Part shown: piece after piece, positions 18,348-38,889 of the stretch | Layout of the letters: each line of letters opens with the position of its first letter | Numbering within the stretch: position 1 is the first letter of the stretch | Assembly: GCF_009914755.1 (NCBI RefSeq) | Contig: NC_060943.1 | DNA from: the human T2T-CHM13v2.0 reference genome, Homo sapiens | Strand: one strand, 5' to 3' | DNA length: 64,000 nt | Translations under genes and position numbers: made by a program | The notes under the pieces: generated by a model | What the model was told of the DNA's origin: nothing | What the model saw: the letters and a program-made list of their open reading frames with translations, nothing else | The model's database searches: none

Positions 18348-19481
18348 GGGTGGTCAGGCTTAACGACCTCTATTTTCCAAAGGGGCCACATTTTGCCTTT
18401 TCCATGTGACAGGCAGGGAAACTGAGGCCCGCCCTTAGGGAGTATCCCAAGGTCACACAGGGATACAGTGACTGACCCCACCCAGATCACAAGCCTCAGG
18501 TCTCCTGCCCTCTCGTGTCCAACCACAGGGAAGCCACACCTCCGGATGTGGCAGAGGCCTAGAGACCAGAAGGCCAGAGACTGTGGCAGCTTCAGAGCGC
18601 GGGCCTGGGGGGCTGGGACGCGGGAGATGCCTTCCTGCCCCCCCCCCCCCCACTTCTGAGCGCCCTAGGAGGCTCCTGCCCTCCCGTCCCACCAGGTCCT
18701 GGCCTGAGGGTTCCCTAAGGCCTACAGCCAGGGCCTCAGTTTCCACATCTGTGACCTTGGCCTTGAAATCGGTGTCCCCTTCCAGGGCTTCCAGGAACTG
18801 AGTTAGGGAAGTTTTCTCTTTCCTCGCTCCCCTTGGGCTGCCGGGACAAGATGGGGGATGGGAAACCAGGACACACTTTCCCTAGAGCGCCTGCCGGCAG
18901 GGATGGGGCTCCACGGGCACCACAGGGTTAACAGCCCATCAGGCAGGGGACCTTTAACCCTTCCCTCCCCAAGACTCCCCCACCTCCCCGAGGGGACTTC
19001 CCAACACAATGGCCCCTCCCCCTCTCCTTCCTCCGCCGGGACTGCTGAGGACAGCCCCTGGCCAAAGAGATGCAAATAAAAGCAAAAGGCCTCTCGACCC
19101 CTCCCCAGAGGCCAGAGTTGACAGTCCTCCCGCTCGGCCCACTCTCCCTGCAACAGGAATCCTCCAGGGGGTCTAGAGGACACAGACTGGGGGAGGGGAG
19201 CTGGGATGCAGCTGTTGCCCCAGGCCCGGAAGAGACAGTGGGCTGCAATTCGGGGACTGCAGTCAGATTCCAGGAGGGACTTCCCACTTGACCTCCCCCT
19301 CCACCCCCAGCCTCCGTCTTCCTGCTTCTTGCAACACAAAGACCACATTGGCCACACCCTCCCAGTGGCCCGGCTGGGCCCGCCACCTCCCCCCGTCCTC
19401 TCCCACTTCTCCAGTTCCTCCGAGTCTCCAGCCCTCTCTCTTCCCGGCTCCTATCACCCCGGGGGCGGGGCGGGCACTCAC

Positions 19482-19755
19482 CGTCCGGGCGCGGGCCTCG
19501 GGGCCGGCTGCGGGGACCCCCAGGCCAGCGGGAACCCCCCAGGGCGGCGGTGACGGCGGGTGGGGCGGTGGGGGCGCAGAGGTAGGCAGCGGGCAGCAGG
19601 GTGGGGGCGGCGGGGGCGGCAGCCAGGCCGGGCTCGCAGAGGCCGCAGGACACTGCCGAGGGCACCAGGCGGCCGAGCGGGAAGGGGCGCGGGCCGTCGC
19701 GGGCCAGGCCCTCTACGGGCTCCGGGGAGCTGCCCTCCTGGCGTGCGCGGGCCAT
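19482..19755 (-). CDS. BBC3: BBC3/PUMA exon 2, coding part (PUMA-alpha start; exon spans 19482-19770)
   Basis: ccgcag| acceptor at 19770, GCCATGG Kozak context, MARARQEGSSPEPVEGLARDGPRPFPLG...RPDG, ACG|gtgagt donor. 274+191+117 = 582 nt = 193 aa plus stop. Confidence 0.98.
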
Positions 19756-20029
19756 GGCGCTCCCTGGGGCCTGCGGGACACGGGAGGAGGAGCAGGTCAG
19801 CAGGGAAGTACCAGGGCCCACTGTACCTCCAGCCTACCCGGGGTTAGGACCCAGATGGAGAAGAGTGGAGGTGTGTGTGCATGCGGAGGGGGTGACGGCC
19901 CCACAGAGACACGCCCAGCCGGGGGATGACACCACCGGGTCCTGGCTGGCCTGGAGAGCCTCCCGTGCATACGGTGATGGGCACACAGGAGGGACAGGGG
20001 GCACAGGACGGCTCTCACAGCAAGGACAG

Positions 20030-21700
20030 GGCTCACACAGGACGGATGGAGGGGTCTAGCAGGTGTGTGTATGAGGGCTGTGACAGTCCCACAACACAAA
20101 CTCACTCCACTTGGGACTCACAGCATGGGCTGGTGGGGACAACTTTCCCAACACAGCGACGGGCACACAGGGAGGGCAGTGAGGCACAGCGAGGCCCCCA
20201 CAGCACACACACAAGGACTCACACGGGACTGGCCAGCCTGACCGCCCACCCCACCTCCCACTTGCACACAAACACTGAGATGGCCCCAGTCTCGGACATC
20301 ACTACTCAGTACACACAATACACACACACCCCCGACCAAAGCAGGAGCATCCAGACAGACCATCACAAGCACTCTACATACTGCGCACACTGGCTGGCAC
20401 AATCCATCCCCACACATCCAAACTGTCAAAGTCTCACACACTGACCCACTGTTGATATGCCCAGGGGCACATGCAAACACAATGCAGCCTTTGCAAACAC
20501 AAACACACACACACAAGCTAGGCACTGCCTCAGTTCCCAAACATGCCCCTCTCCACACACACACACTCACTCCAGAGATAAGACCTGCACACCTCTGGAC
20601 TCACATATCAACACAAAACAGACACCCACGGACACACATACATCAACACCCCCAAAACACACCCACATGTCACCAACTCTCAGGACACACGTAGATCAGG
20701 CACACACAGACACATGCCATCAGACCTCAACACACCACCAGACACCAACCCACCCTCCTCACGCAACCCTCAAACATCATCACCAACTGTCAGCAACACA
20801 CACACACACACACCCTACAGCTAACTCTAATCCCACACAGCCCAGCAGCACACACACCTAGCGCACCCACAGAAAACACTGGTCTCACGTGACTGACATA
20901 AACACTACACACACGCAGCCCACATGACACACATGAGCCAGCCGATCACAGTGACAAGCCCCTCAGACCCAACACACACACACACACACAGGCTCAGACA
21001 CAACCCCATCCAGAGGCTGCCAGCAACACCCACCGTCTACACTGCATAGACCCCACAGATCCTGGGTCCTCAAATCCCAGACGCTGATGCCAGACACACA
21101 AGCCAAACCCAGACTGAAACAACCCCCCACCACACACATACATACACACACACACTCACACCTGACAACTCACACAGACACCTGGACAGAAAACAGACAT
21201 TTGCATTTAGCAGGCGCAGCATCACAAACGCTGGGCAAAAGACACATGCCCCGGAGATACAGAGACGGCCTCAGCCAAGACAGAAACACACAGGCAAGAC
21301 ACAAGCACACATATCGCACGCTCGGGCAAGACACACACATAAACACACAAACAGCTCACTCCAGCAACACACACACACTACAACCTCCACACCCCAGCAC
21401 ACGCAGGCACCACAGACCCCCAGTATCATCCCGGAACAGCACACACAGACAACTCTCACCGACAACACACGCAGGTCCACCCACCCCACAAGCAGGGCAC
21501 CCACAGACAGAACCCCACACAAACAGGCGCGGGGACTCACGCAGACACCCCGACGGGTCAGAAACCCCAACATTCCTCTGGATCGACACCACCACTCCCT
21601 GCAGAACCCAGCACAAACTCGGAGCCAGACACGCGCACACACCCAGGCGAGACACCTGCAGATCCACAACCCCGCACACGCGCGCTCCCACGGCGGTCCC
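20030..21700. repeat. CA-rich low-complexity tract in BBC3 intron 1 (a second block lies at ~22790-23390)
   Basis: Dense interrupted (CA)n runs on +, which are UG-rich on the BBC3 pre-mRNA. Confidence 0.85.
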
Positions 21701-21975
21701 AGACACCCCCCTCCGCTGTCACAGCCCCCCCCACCGCCGCCACGTGCGCCCGCCCCGCCCGCCAGGCGAGCGCGGGGCCAATAACCGGCTGTTGCTGGGG
21801 CGCAGCCCCCGCCCGCAGGAGCCGCAGACTCCACGGCCCGCGAGCCGCCCCCCGTCGCCGCCCCCAGCGGGCGCGCGCCCTGGGTGTGGCCGCCCCTCCG
21901 TGCCGCCCCCCCGCCCCTCCCGGACTTTGGGGGCTGGGGCACCCCTGGGGTCGACCCTCTTCCCCGGGGCCGCAC

Positions 21976-21994
21976 TGGCCGCCAGGGGGCGCTG
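21976..21994 (+). promoter_or_regulatory. CTCF motif in BBC3 intron 1
   Basis: TGGCCGCCAGGGGGCGCTG is a near-perfect CTCF core. Intragenic CTCF at PUMA is established knowledge. Confidence 0.75.
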
Positions 21995-22016
21995 CCGAGC
22001 CCGCACCCCATTGTTT

Positions 22017-22024
22017 GTAAACAA
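22017..22024 (-). promoter_or_regulatory. FOXO response element
   Basis: GTAAACAA (TTGTTTAC on -) is an isolated AT-rich word inside a CpG island. FOXO3 is an established PUMA activator. Confidence 0.7.
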
Positions 22025-22252
22025 ACCCGCCAGACCGCCGAGGCACCTGTGCGCCCAGACCGGCGCCCCAACGCCGAGCCGCCTCTCACCCGGCGACCCT
22101 GGCCCAGGGTCCCTCGCGGGGTTTGGAGAGGCGCGGTGTGGGGAGGCAGGGCGCCCACACTGCTCTCCGCCTGCACTCCTGTCACCTCCTCCAGGGAGTC
22201 CACCCGGCCTGGCCGATCGCCGCCGGAGAGGATTCGGGGCGCGCACACTCAC

Positions 22253-22520
22253 CCCGGGGGCATGAACACGCCGGAGGGGGCGGCGGTGGGGGGCGGGCGG
22301 CTTCCTTCAGGAGGGCGCGCCCGCCGAGCGCCGCTCTCCGCGGCGGCTGCTGCTGTGGCTGTCGCTGCTGCTGCCGCTCTAACTGCAGTGGCGGCTGCTG
22401 TGGCTGTGGCTGCTGCTGCTCCCCGGGCCGCAGGCGCGTCCGCGTCGTGGCCGCTGCTGGGATCGCTGGTGCCGCCGCCGCCGCCGCCAGGCGCCCGCTC
22501 GCATGTGGCTCGCGCCGCGT
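22253..22520 (-). other. BBC3: BBC3 exon 1a (5' UTR exon of PUMA-alpha; TSS approximate)
   Basis: GGG|gtgagt donor at 22253/22252, within a CpG island. GC-box cluster at 22558-22640 and p53 sites lie just upstream. Confidence 0.8.
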
Positions 22521-22643
22521 CTCAGGCCGCCCGGCGGATCCCGGGCCCGCTCCAAAGCCGCCCCGCCCCGCCCCGCCCCGCCCCCGCCCGGCGGGTCCCA
22601 CGCCCCGCCCCCGCGTGACGCTACGGCCCCGCCCGCCCGCCGC

Positions 22644-22663
22644 GGACAAGTCAGGACTTGCAG
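22644..22663 (-). promoter_or_regulatory. p53 response element (proximal PUMA site)
   Basis: GGACAAGTCA GGACTTGCAG on + (CTGCAAGTCCTGACTTGTCC on -): two adjacent RRRCWWGYYY-type half-sites. Confidence 0.93.
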
Positions 22664-22696
22664 GCGCGCGCCGCGCCCCCCCCTACCTCCGCGCCG

Positions 22697-22706
22697 GGGG
22701 TTTCCC
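22697..22706. promoter_or_regulatory. NF-kB site
   Basis: GGGGTTTCCC fits GGGRNNYYCC and lies between the two p53 sites. Confidence 0.65.
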
Positions 22707-22726
22707 TGCAGCGGGGGACGGGGCAG

Positions 22727-22747
22727 GGCCTAGCCCAAGGCAAGGAG
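22727..22747 (-). promoter_or_regulatory. Weaker distal p53 response element
   Basis: GGCCTAGCCC A AGGCAAGGAG: two degenerate half-sites with a 1-nt spacer. Confidence 0.7.
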
Positions 22748-23281
22748 GACCCAGGCGCTGTGCGGCGGGGTGTGGGGAGATCGCCCAGACACCGGGACAG
22801 TCGGACACACACACTGACTGGGACCCACAGATCCACACCCCCAGCGATGCGTACACAGACCGACCGACGGGCGTTCCAGGGTCCACAAAGTCACGTGCAG
22901 GCAGAGCCCAGAGGATGTACTCACAGACACAAGGCCACAGTCTCGCAAATCCACACCATGGACAGGGGCATGAGCACACACACTCACATACTGATGGGGC
23001 TCACACTTACACACACCCAGACGGAAATGCACAGACTCACTAACAGGGTCCCCTGGACAAGCAGACGGACACAATGACAGGGCCACACACAGTTGCAGAA
23101 ACACCCACACTGATGATCACACCTGGGCCCACAAACTGTGTTCACAAACAACCCTACCGAACAGGCACCCACACCACACACACGGTGGTGCAACCACACA
23201 GACATAGGCGGAGTGCTTATCAGGAAACACAAACTTGCTGATAGGCACAGGGGACACACACATACACACAGACACCTGTTA

Positions 23282-23926
<645 letters not shown>

Positions 23927-24097
23927 CCTGTCTCATAGCTTTCCATTCCGTTTCTTTTTCAGTTTCTCATTGTTACTTCCTGCCCTGCTCTGGTTTGGTG
24001 AGTTTTGTCCTTCCTTTTTCCAAAGCCGTGGATTCCTGTCTCCTCTACACTTTCCATCCTTACTGGGTCTCACCCAATCGCAATCGCCTCACCAGAG

Positions 24098-24224
24098 TGA
24101 CTCACCTTCCAGTGCCTAGTGTGGGGCTGGCTGAGTAAGGATGTCAGACTTCTCAAACTTGACTGCCTCCAAGTACACACTCTTAGCTCCCCCAAGAGAT
24201 GCAGGTAATCTATATCTCACGTGA
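24098..24224. promoter_or_regulatory. Exon 1b promoter motifs: AP-1 and E-box
   Basis: TGACTCA at 24098-24104 and palindromic TCACGTGA at 24217-24224. Confidence 0.5.
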
Positions 24225-24372
24225 AATCTCCCCATTTGCAACATTGGGAACTCCTCAGCTTTCCTCCCTCTTTCACTTTCCCCCCTCTTTCGCTTTCCCC
24301 GATTATTCATTGTCCCTTCCTTCTTCCTGGTGTTTTCCAAACTGTGGGTCATGAGTAAACCATGGATTATGA

Positions 24373-30140
<5,768 letters not shown>

Positions 30141-30779
30141 AGGACCCCTATTTTTATGGGGCCAAGATGCCTGCATTCTCTTCTGGGAAGGATCATCAGC
30201 CCTGTGTTCAAAAGCCATGATGCCTGAATCCAGTTTGGGGAGAGACAGCAAGTCCCTGTGTTCATGGGGTCAGGATGCCCAGGTCTACTTCTGGGAGGAG
30301 GACAGTTCGTGTCTATTTGCACAGATGCTCATGTTGAGGCTGGGGTCTCAAACTAGTGGTCCGCAGGCCGTCCACGAGTGCGTTTTCTTGACTCTGTGCA
30401 GTTTCGTATTTTGAGTGTTAATGCCTCTCCCACGGGCGCACAGCACAGAGGAACGATAACTCCGACATGGGTTCAAATGATGACCTTGAGCAAGCAGCTT
30501 CTCCGCTCTGTGCCTCAGTTTCCCTCACTGTCCAAAAGGGATCTGCACAGGCAGGACCAAAAATATTGTGAAGATAAAATGAGTTCGTATTTGTAACATA
30601 CTTAGAATAGTGCCCGGAGGTAGTAAGCCGGATGTGAAGTGCTGGTGAGACAAAATAGAGCTGGTTGACTGCAGACCTAAAACCGTCTCGTCTCCAAGAT
30701 CTTGTCTGCCATTCTGGGCAAGCAGATTTCGCAGCCTGGGGAGAGGGAGTTGGGAAGGACTTAACTTTTCACCGCAGGG

Positions 30780-31370
30780 CCTGAGTCCTGGCTTTCCGCG
30801 GTGGGGAAGGGGTCTCCCGGGTCCCCTCGGTGTGGCCGGCCCTGCAGGCCGGGAGGCTGGACCGGGGCCGGGTGGGGGCTGGGCGGGGGCGCGGGCGTCC
30901 GCAGGGTCCGAGCGGCCGGCGCGCGTGTGAAGGTTACCGCTTCCCGGCGGGGCGGGGGCCGCGCGCTGTTGCTGGGGTCTGCGGGGCCTGCCTGCGCCCG
31001 CGCCCCCCCTCCTTCCCGGCCAGCCAGTGAGCGGTACCCGCCGCCGTTGCCAGGGGAAACTCGCCGCCCCGTTACCCAGCAACAAGCCTGGCCCAACCAG
31101 GCGCGAGGACCCCCCAGGCCCCGCCCGCCGCTGCCCACCGCGTGCCCAATGCCAGGCGGGCAGAGCCGGCCCAGCTCCCGGAGACGGCGAGCGCGCTCAT
31201 TGGCCACCGCCGCGTCCGCCCGGATCTGGGGGAGCCCTCGGCGCGGGGGGCGGGGAACCGGGCCCCGGGGAGCTGCCGGGCGCGCGGCCTGCAAACCTGC
31301 GACCGGCTGGGGTGATACCCGGGCTGTGCACCATCCACCTCCCTGCTCCCCTGTCCCGCACTCTCGGGTG
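30780..31370. promoter_or_regulatory. Orphan CpG island with RFX X-boxes, CCAAT boxes and GC boxes
   Basis: High CpG density, with GTTGCCAGGGGAAAC 31046-31060, GTTACCCAGCAAC 31071-31083, CCAAT 31146-31150 and ATTGG 31199-31203. Confidence 0.7.
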
Positions 31371-32674
31371 AGGATGGGCAGTTGGGATGGGCTGGAAACG
31401 GGGTTGTGCATTCTGTTCCTACCCCCAGAATGGCACCCTGGAGTTGGCCTTGTGCCACCAAGGGTCCCCCTCCCACAAGGAGACCTGAGCATCCTGACTC
31501 CGTGAAGACAGGGACTGGTTGTTTCCCGCTCCCCCGCTCCCCGCCCCGCAGGTATCGTGGCTCTGGAACATAACGGTTGAAGTTCCCTCCCAGAAAACAA
31601 CCCAGGCGTCCTGGCCTTATAAAAATAGGGTGTCACTGCACCCCCAAAGGACCCAGGCATGCCTGGCCCCGTGAAAACAAGGAGATGAGCCCCCTCCTCT
31701 TAGGAGATGCAGATGTCCCAGCCCCGGGACACAAGAACTCAGGGTCCCCCCAGAAGGGGACACAGTCATGTCTGATCCCAGGAAAACTAGGGCTGAACAT
31801 CCCACTCCCACAAGAAACACGGACTCAGGCCTTTGGGCTCCCGACCCTGAGATGTTACAGAGCTCCTGGGCATCTTGGCCCTCACCACATTGATGCTGGG
31901 AGACACTCCTGTCCCTAACAGTCACCAGACCCTCAGGTGTCCAGTTTACCTAGGTGGGACCACCTGCCCAGCTCCAAGGTGCAGACCTGCCCACTTCCCA
32001 CCCCTCTGAGCCCTTTTCCCCAGGGTCCAGGTGGTTGATCTCCCAGGACGTGGGCATCTGACTTCAGAGCCGCTTTCCTTACCTGTTGGCACCGACCCCC
32101 CACCTTGCGCCAGGGTCCCAGGCCTCATAGTGCCAAGGACCCCAGAAGTCCAAGCCCCGTGTCTCTGATTCCCCAGACACCTGGCCAAGCGACCCAGCCC
32201 CTCACAGTGATGTGGCTGGGGAGGAGGGAGTAGTGGAGAGGTTGGGGGGCCCTCCCCAGTCCCAGACCCCCAGGTCTGGAAGATCCAGCCCTGCAGCACC
32301 TTTACTTGGCCCCGTGGATCCAGACTGGGAGCCCCCAGCCTCGAGAGACCGTAACGTGCATGGCTGGGCCACTTCAGAGAGGCCCAATTCCTCAGTCCCC
32401 TCCCTCCCGGGAGACCCAAGGCAGAGCCGCCTGCAGCTCCAGACCCCAGCTCCAGACTTGGTGAGCCCAGGTGCGGCCCGCCCCTACCCTGGTACCTGGC
32501 GGGGCGGAGTTGAGGATTACTCAGCCTCCAGAATGAGGCGATGACATCATCCTGGGGGGGGTTGACTAATGGCCGCGCTGGGGGGGGCGGGGAAGTTTAC
32601 CCGGTAACAGCGGCTGCCGCACGGCCCCGCCCCCGGGGAAGGGCTGGGAGGGGGAGGCACAGCCTGCGCTGGCG

Positions 32675-34440
<1,766 letters not shown>

Positions 34441-34985
34441 GTCTCCAGGCCTCCTGCCCGAGAACAGCGGCGCTGCTCTCTGATTGGCCGCGGCCGCGCC
34501 AGTGAGAAGCTCCCGAATCCTGCGGTAACTTGGTAACTTGGAGACTCGGCCCGCGCCGCAGCCGCGGGGCTCCGGGCTGGGGGCTGGGAGGGCGGGGAGG
34601 GGGAGGGGCCCGCCCCGCCCCTCCCCGCCCCGATTTCGCAGGCCCGCCCCGAGCGCCCCTCCCCGGCCCCCTCGCCCCGTCTCCCTCACCTCCAGCTCGG
34701 CACCTCTGACCCCCTACTTTGACTCCATCTCCCACACCCTTGCGTCGCTCCTGACTCCCCTATCTCTGCCACTCGCTGGGTCTCTCTGTCTCTCTCTTTC
34801 CCATGTTTATCTCTCCTGTCTCTGTCTCCCTGTAGATCTCTCTGCCTTTGTCTCTGTCTCTCATATCCCCTCTCTGTTTCTTCCATCTGTCTCTCCCATC
34901 AGTCTCCACCACTGCTGTCTCTCCCCGTCTCTGTCTCCGCCACCTCTGTCTCTCCTAGTCTCTCTCCGCTACCTCTGTCTCTGCC

Positions 34986-35197
34986 ATCTGTCTCTATCAT
35001 CTCTGTCTCTCCCTGTCTCTGTCTCCATCATCTCTGTCTCTCCCAGTCTCTGTCTCCATCATCTCTGTCTCTCCCTGTCTCTGTCTCCATCATCTCTGTC
35101 TCTCCCAGTCTCTGTCTCCATCATCTCTGTCTCTCCCAGTCTCTGTCTCCATCATCTCTGTCTCTCCGTGTCTCTGTCTCCCCCATCTCTGTCTCTG
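34986..35197. repeat. 31-bp pyrimidine-rich minisatellite (~6.8 copies)
   Basis: Unit CTCTGTCTCCATCATCTCTGTCTCTCCC(A/T)GT starts at 35017, 35048, 35079, 35110 and 35141, with degenerate flanking copies. Confidence 0.9.
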
Positions 35198-36160
35198 TCG
35201 CTCCATCTGACTCTCTCAGCTGTCCCTCCTGGATTCTGTCTCTCTCTCTCTCCCTCCTCTGCCTCAGTCTCCCCACCTTTGTCTCTTCTTCCTGTCGTCT
35301 CTCCCACCTCTTGTCTCTGTCTCTCCCGCCCCCCTCTCCCTTCCCCGATGCCCTCTCTCTTACTCCCACAGCCAGGCTCAGAATTCACTTTTCATCCTTC
35401 TAAGACAGCCAGCGGACGGTTCGCTACTTCGTCCTCGCCCCTCCCCTCCGGCCCAGGCTTCTGGCAGCAGGCCCCACGCAGGGCAGACTTCAGGAAGGAC
35501 TTCCCGCCCTGGTTCGGCACGAGAGCTTTATCGCTCGGGCCAGGCGGAGGCCGGGCGGCCCCGTGGCTTCCGGAGGCGCCCGGGCGGGATGAGCTCACTG
35601 CGAGTTGGCCAGGATTTCATCAGCTTCCTCCTGCGGACTTGCCCCCGCTCCTTTCCCGGCCCGGCCGCGCGGGCGAATCCGCCGGACGCCTGCTGCCCCC
35701 GAGCGGCAGAAGGCGGAAGCACAGGCGCCGCGCAAAAAGCCCACCTTTGCACCAGACGATGTCGCCAGCTCAGGAAGCCTGCAAATACAAACCCAATTCA
35801 TCCTCACAACCACCAGGGGAGATGGACTATACATATATATATTTTGAGGCGGAGTCTCGCTCTGTCGCCCAGGCTGGAGTGCAGTGGCGCGATCTCGGCT
35901 CACTGCAACCTCTGCCTCCCGGGTTCAAGCGATTCTCCTTGCCTCAGCCTCCTGAGTAGCTGGAACTACAAGCGCCTGCCACCATGCCCGGCTAATTTTT
36001 GTATTTTTAGTAGAAACAGGGTTTCACCATGTTGGCCAGGATGGTGTCGATCTCTTGACCTCGTGATCCACCCGCCTCGGCCTCTCAAAGTGCTGGGATT
36101 ACAGGCGTGAGCCACCACGCCTGGCCCCATTTATTCTTATATCCACTCATTCAGCAATTA

Positions 36161-36670
<510 letters not shown>

Positions 36671-36957
36671 TCAAGAAAGCAAGCAAGCAAGAAAGCAAGA
36701 AAGCAAGGAAGGAAGGAAGGAAGGAGAGAGAAGAAAGAAAGAGAGAGCGAGCAGATGGGATTGGCTGAGGTACTGGATGTGGATGTGAAGGACAGAGAGG
36801 CGTTTAGGGGGCAGCCGGAAGGATGAAGGTTCTGAGAGACCAATTGTCATCATCATCATCATGGCAGCTCTCTGAGTTCACCTACTGTGTGCTAGGCTCC
36901 GTGCCGATTCAGAGCTTTACATACATGACCTGGTTACATCCTTATGACCATCCATAG

Positions 36958-37293
<336 letters not shown>

Positions 37294-37296
37294 TAA

Positions 37297-37536
<240 letters not shown>

Positions 37537-38872
37537 TAGTGGAGACGGGTTTCACTGAGTTAGCCAGGATGGTCTCCATCTCCTGACCTCGTGATCTACC
37601 CGCCTCGGCCTCCCAAAGTGCTGGGATTACAGGTATGAGCCACTGTGTCCAGCCTTTTTCTTTTTTTTTAGATAGGGTCTCACTCTGTCACTCAGGCTGG
37701 AGTGCAGAGGTGTGAACATGGCTCACTGCAGCCTCAACCTTCCAGGCCTAAGCAATCCTCCCACCTCAGCCTCCCTCCTGAATAGCTGGGACTACCTTCT
37801 TGTGCCACCATGGCCAGCTAATTTTATATTATTTTGTAGAGATGAGGTCTCCCCATGGTGCCCAGGCTGGTCTATAACTCCTGGGCTCAGGTGATCCTTC
37901 TGCCTCCGCCCCCCCAAAGTGCTGGGATTATAGGCATGAGCCACTATACATGGCCTTATTTTTTTTAAGACAGTGTCTTGCTCTGTTGCCCAAGCTGGAG
38001 CAGTGGTGTGATCACAGCTCACTGTAATCTCAACCTCCTGGGCTCAAGTGAGCCTCCCACCTCAGCCTCCTGAGTAGCTGGGACCACAGGTGTGTGCCAC
38101 CATGCCCTGCTAATTTTTTCTTTTTAATTTCTTTTATATTTTATTCTATTTATTTTTGAGACAGAGTCTTGCTCTGTCGCCCAGGCTGGAGTGCAGTGGC
38201 ACAATCTCAGCTCACTGCGACCTCTGCCTCTTAGGTTCAAGTGACTCTCGTGTCTCAGTCTCCTGAGTAGCTGGGATTACAGGCCCGCACCACCATGCCC
38301 GGCTAATTTTTGTATTTTTAGTAGAGACAGTGTCTCACCATGTCACTCAGGCTGGCCTCGAACCACTCCAGGCCTTTTTAAATTTTATATTTTATTTTGT
38401 ATTTTATTTATTTTATTTTTAGAGAGAGGGTCTTACTATGTTGCCCAGATGCCCAACTCCTGGGCTTAAATGATCCTCCTTCCTCAGCCTCCCAAGTACC
38501 TGGGACCACAGGTGCACACCACCACGCCTGGCTAATTTTAAATTTTTTTGTAGAGATGGGGGGGGGGAGGTCTCATTATGTTACCCAGGCTGGTCTCGAA
38601 TTCCTGGCCTCAAGCGATCCTCTGGCCTTAGCCTCCCGAAGTGCTGGGACTACAGGCCTGAACCACCGCGCCTGGCCTCTACCTATTCCTTTGTTTAGCT
38701 GTTTGTTGTCTGTCTTCTGGAGAAAGTGAGCTCCATGGCGGCAGGGACATTCTAATTCCCATTTCACAGATCGGGAAACTAGAAGGAGGCCCGGCACAAA
38801 GTAGGTTCTCATGGGTTCAGGTTTGTTGAATGAATATGCGTGTGTTTGTCTCAAGCGGCAGGGAGTGCGCCG

Positions 38873-38889
38873 CACCGCCCCCTGGTGGA
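38873..38889 (-). promoter_or_regulatory. CTCF motif (reverse orientation)
   Basis: CACCGCCCCCTGGTGGA on + reads TCCACCAGGGGGCGGTG on -, in a small CpG-retaining patch among Alus. Confidence 0.72.

Noticed and set aside
21087-22265. 392-aa His/Thr/Pro-rich ORF and overlapping minus-strand Cys/Val ORFs
   Set aside because: These are translations of CA-rich low-complexity sequence plus CpG island, with no domain or splice support.
22253-22309. In-frame N-terminal extension of PUMA-alpha from exon 1a
   Set aside because: An in-frame TGA at 22307-22309 blocks any long extension.
30525-31660. 186-299 aa overlapping ORFs on both strands of the orphan CpG island
   Set aside because: Pro/Arg/Gly-rich in several frames at once, as expected for very GC-rich DNA. 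No recognisable protein.
31653-31666. Palindrome CCAGGCATGCCTGG containing a perfect p53 half-site
   Set aside because: It is a lone half-site with no partner decamer, which is too common to call.
34538-35959. 473-aa ORF on +
   Set aside because: It starts at TTG and runs through the pyrimidine minisatellite (Ser/Leu/Pro low complexity) into an Alu. It is stop-free because of composition.
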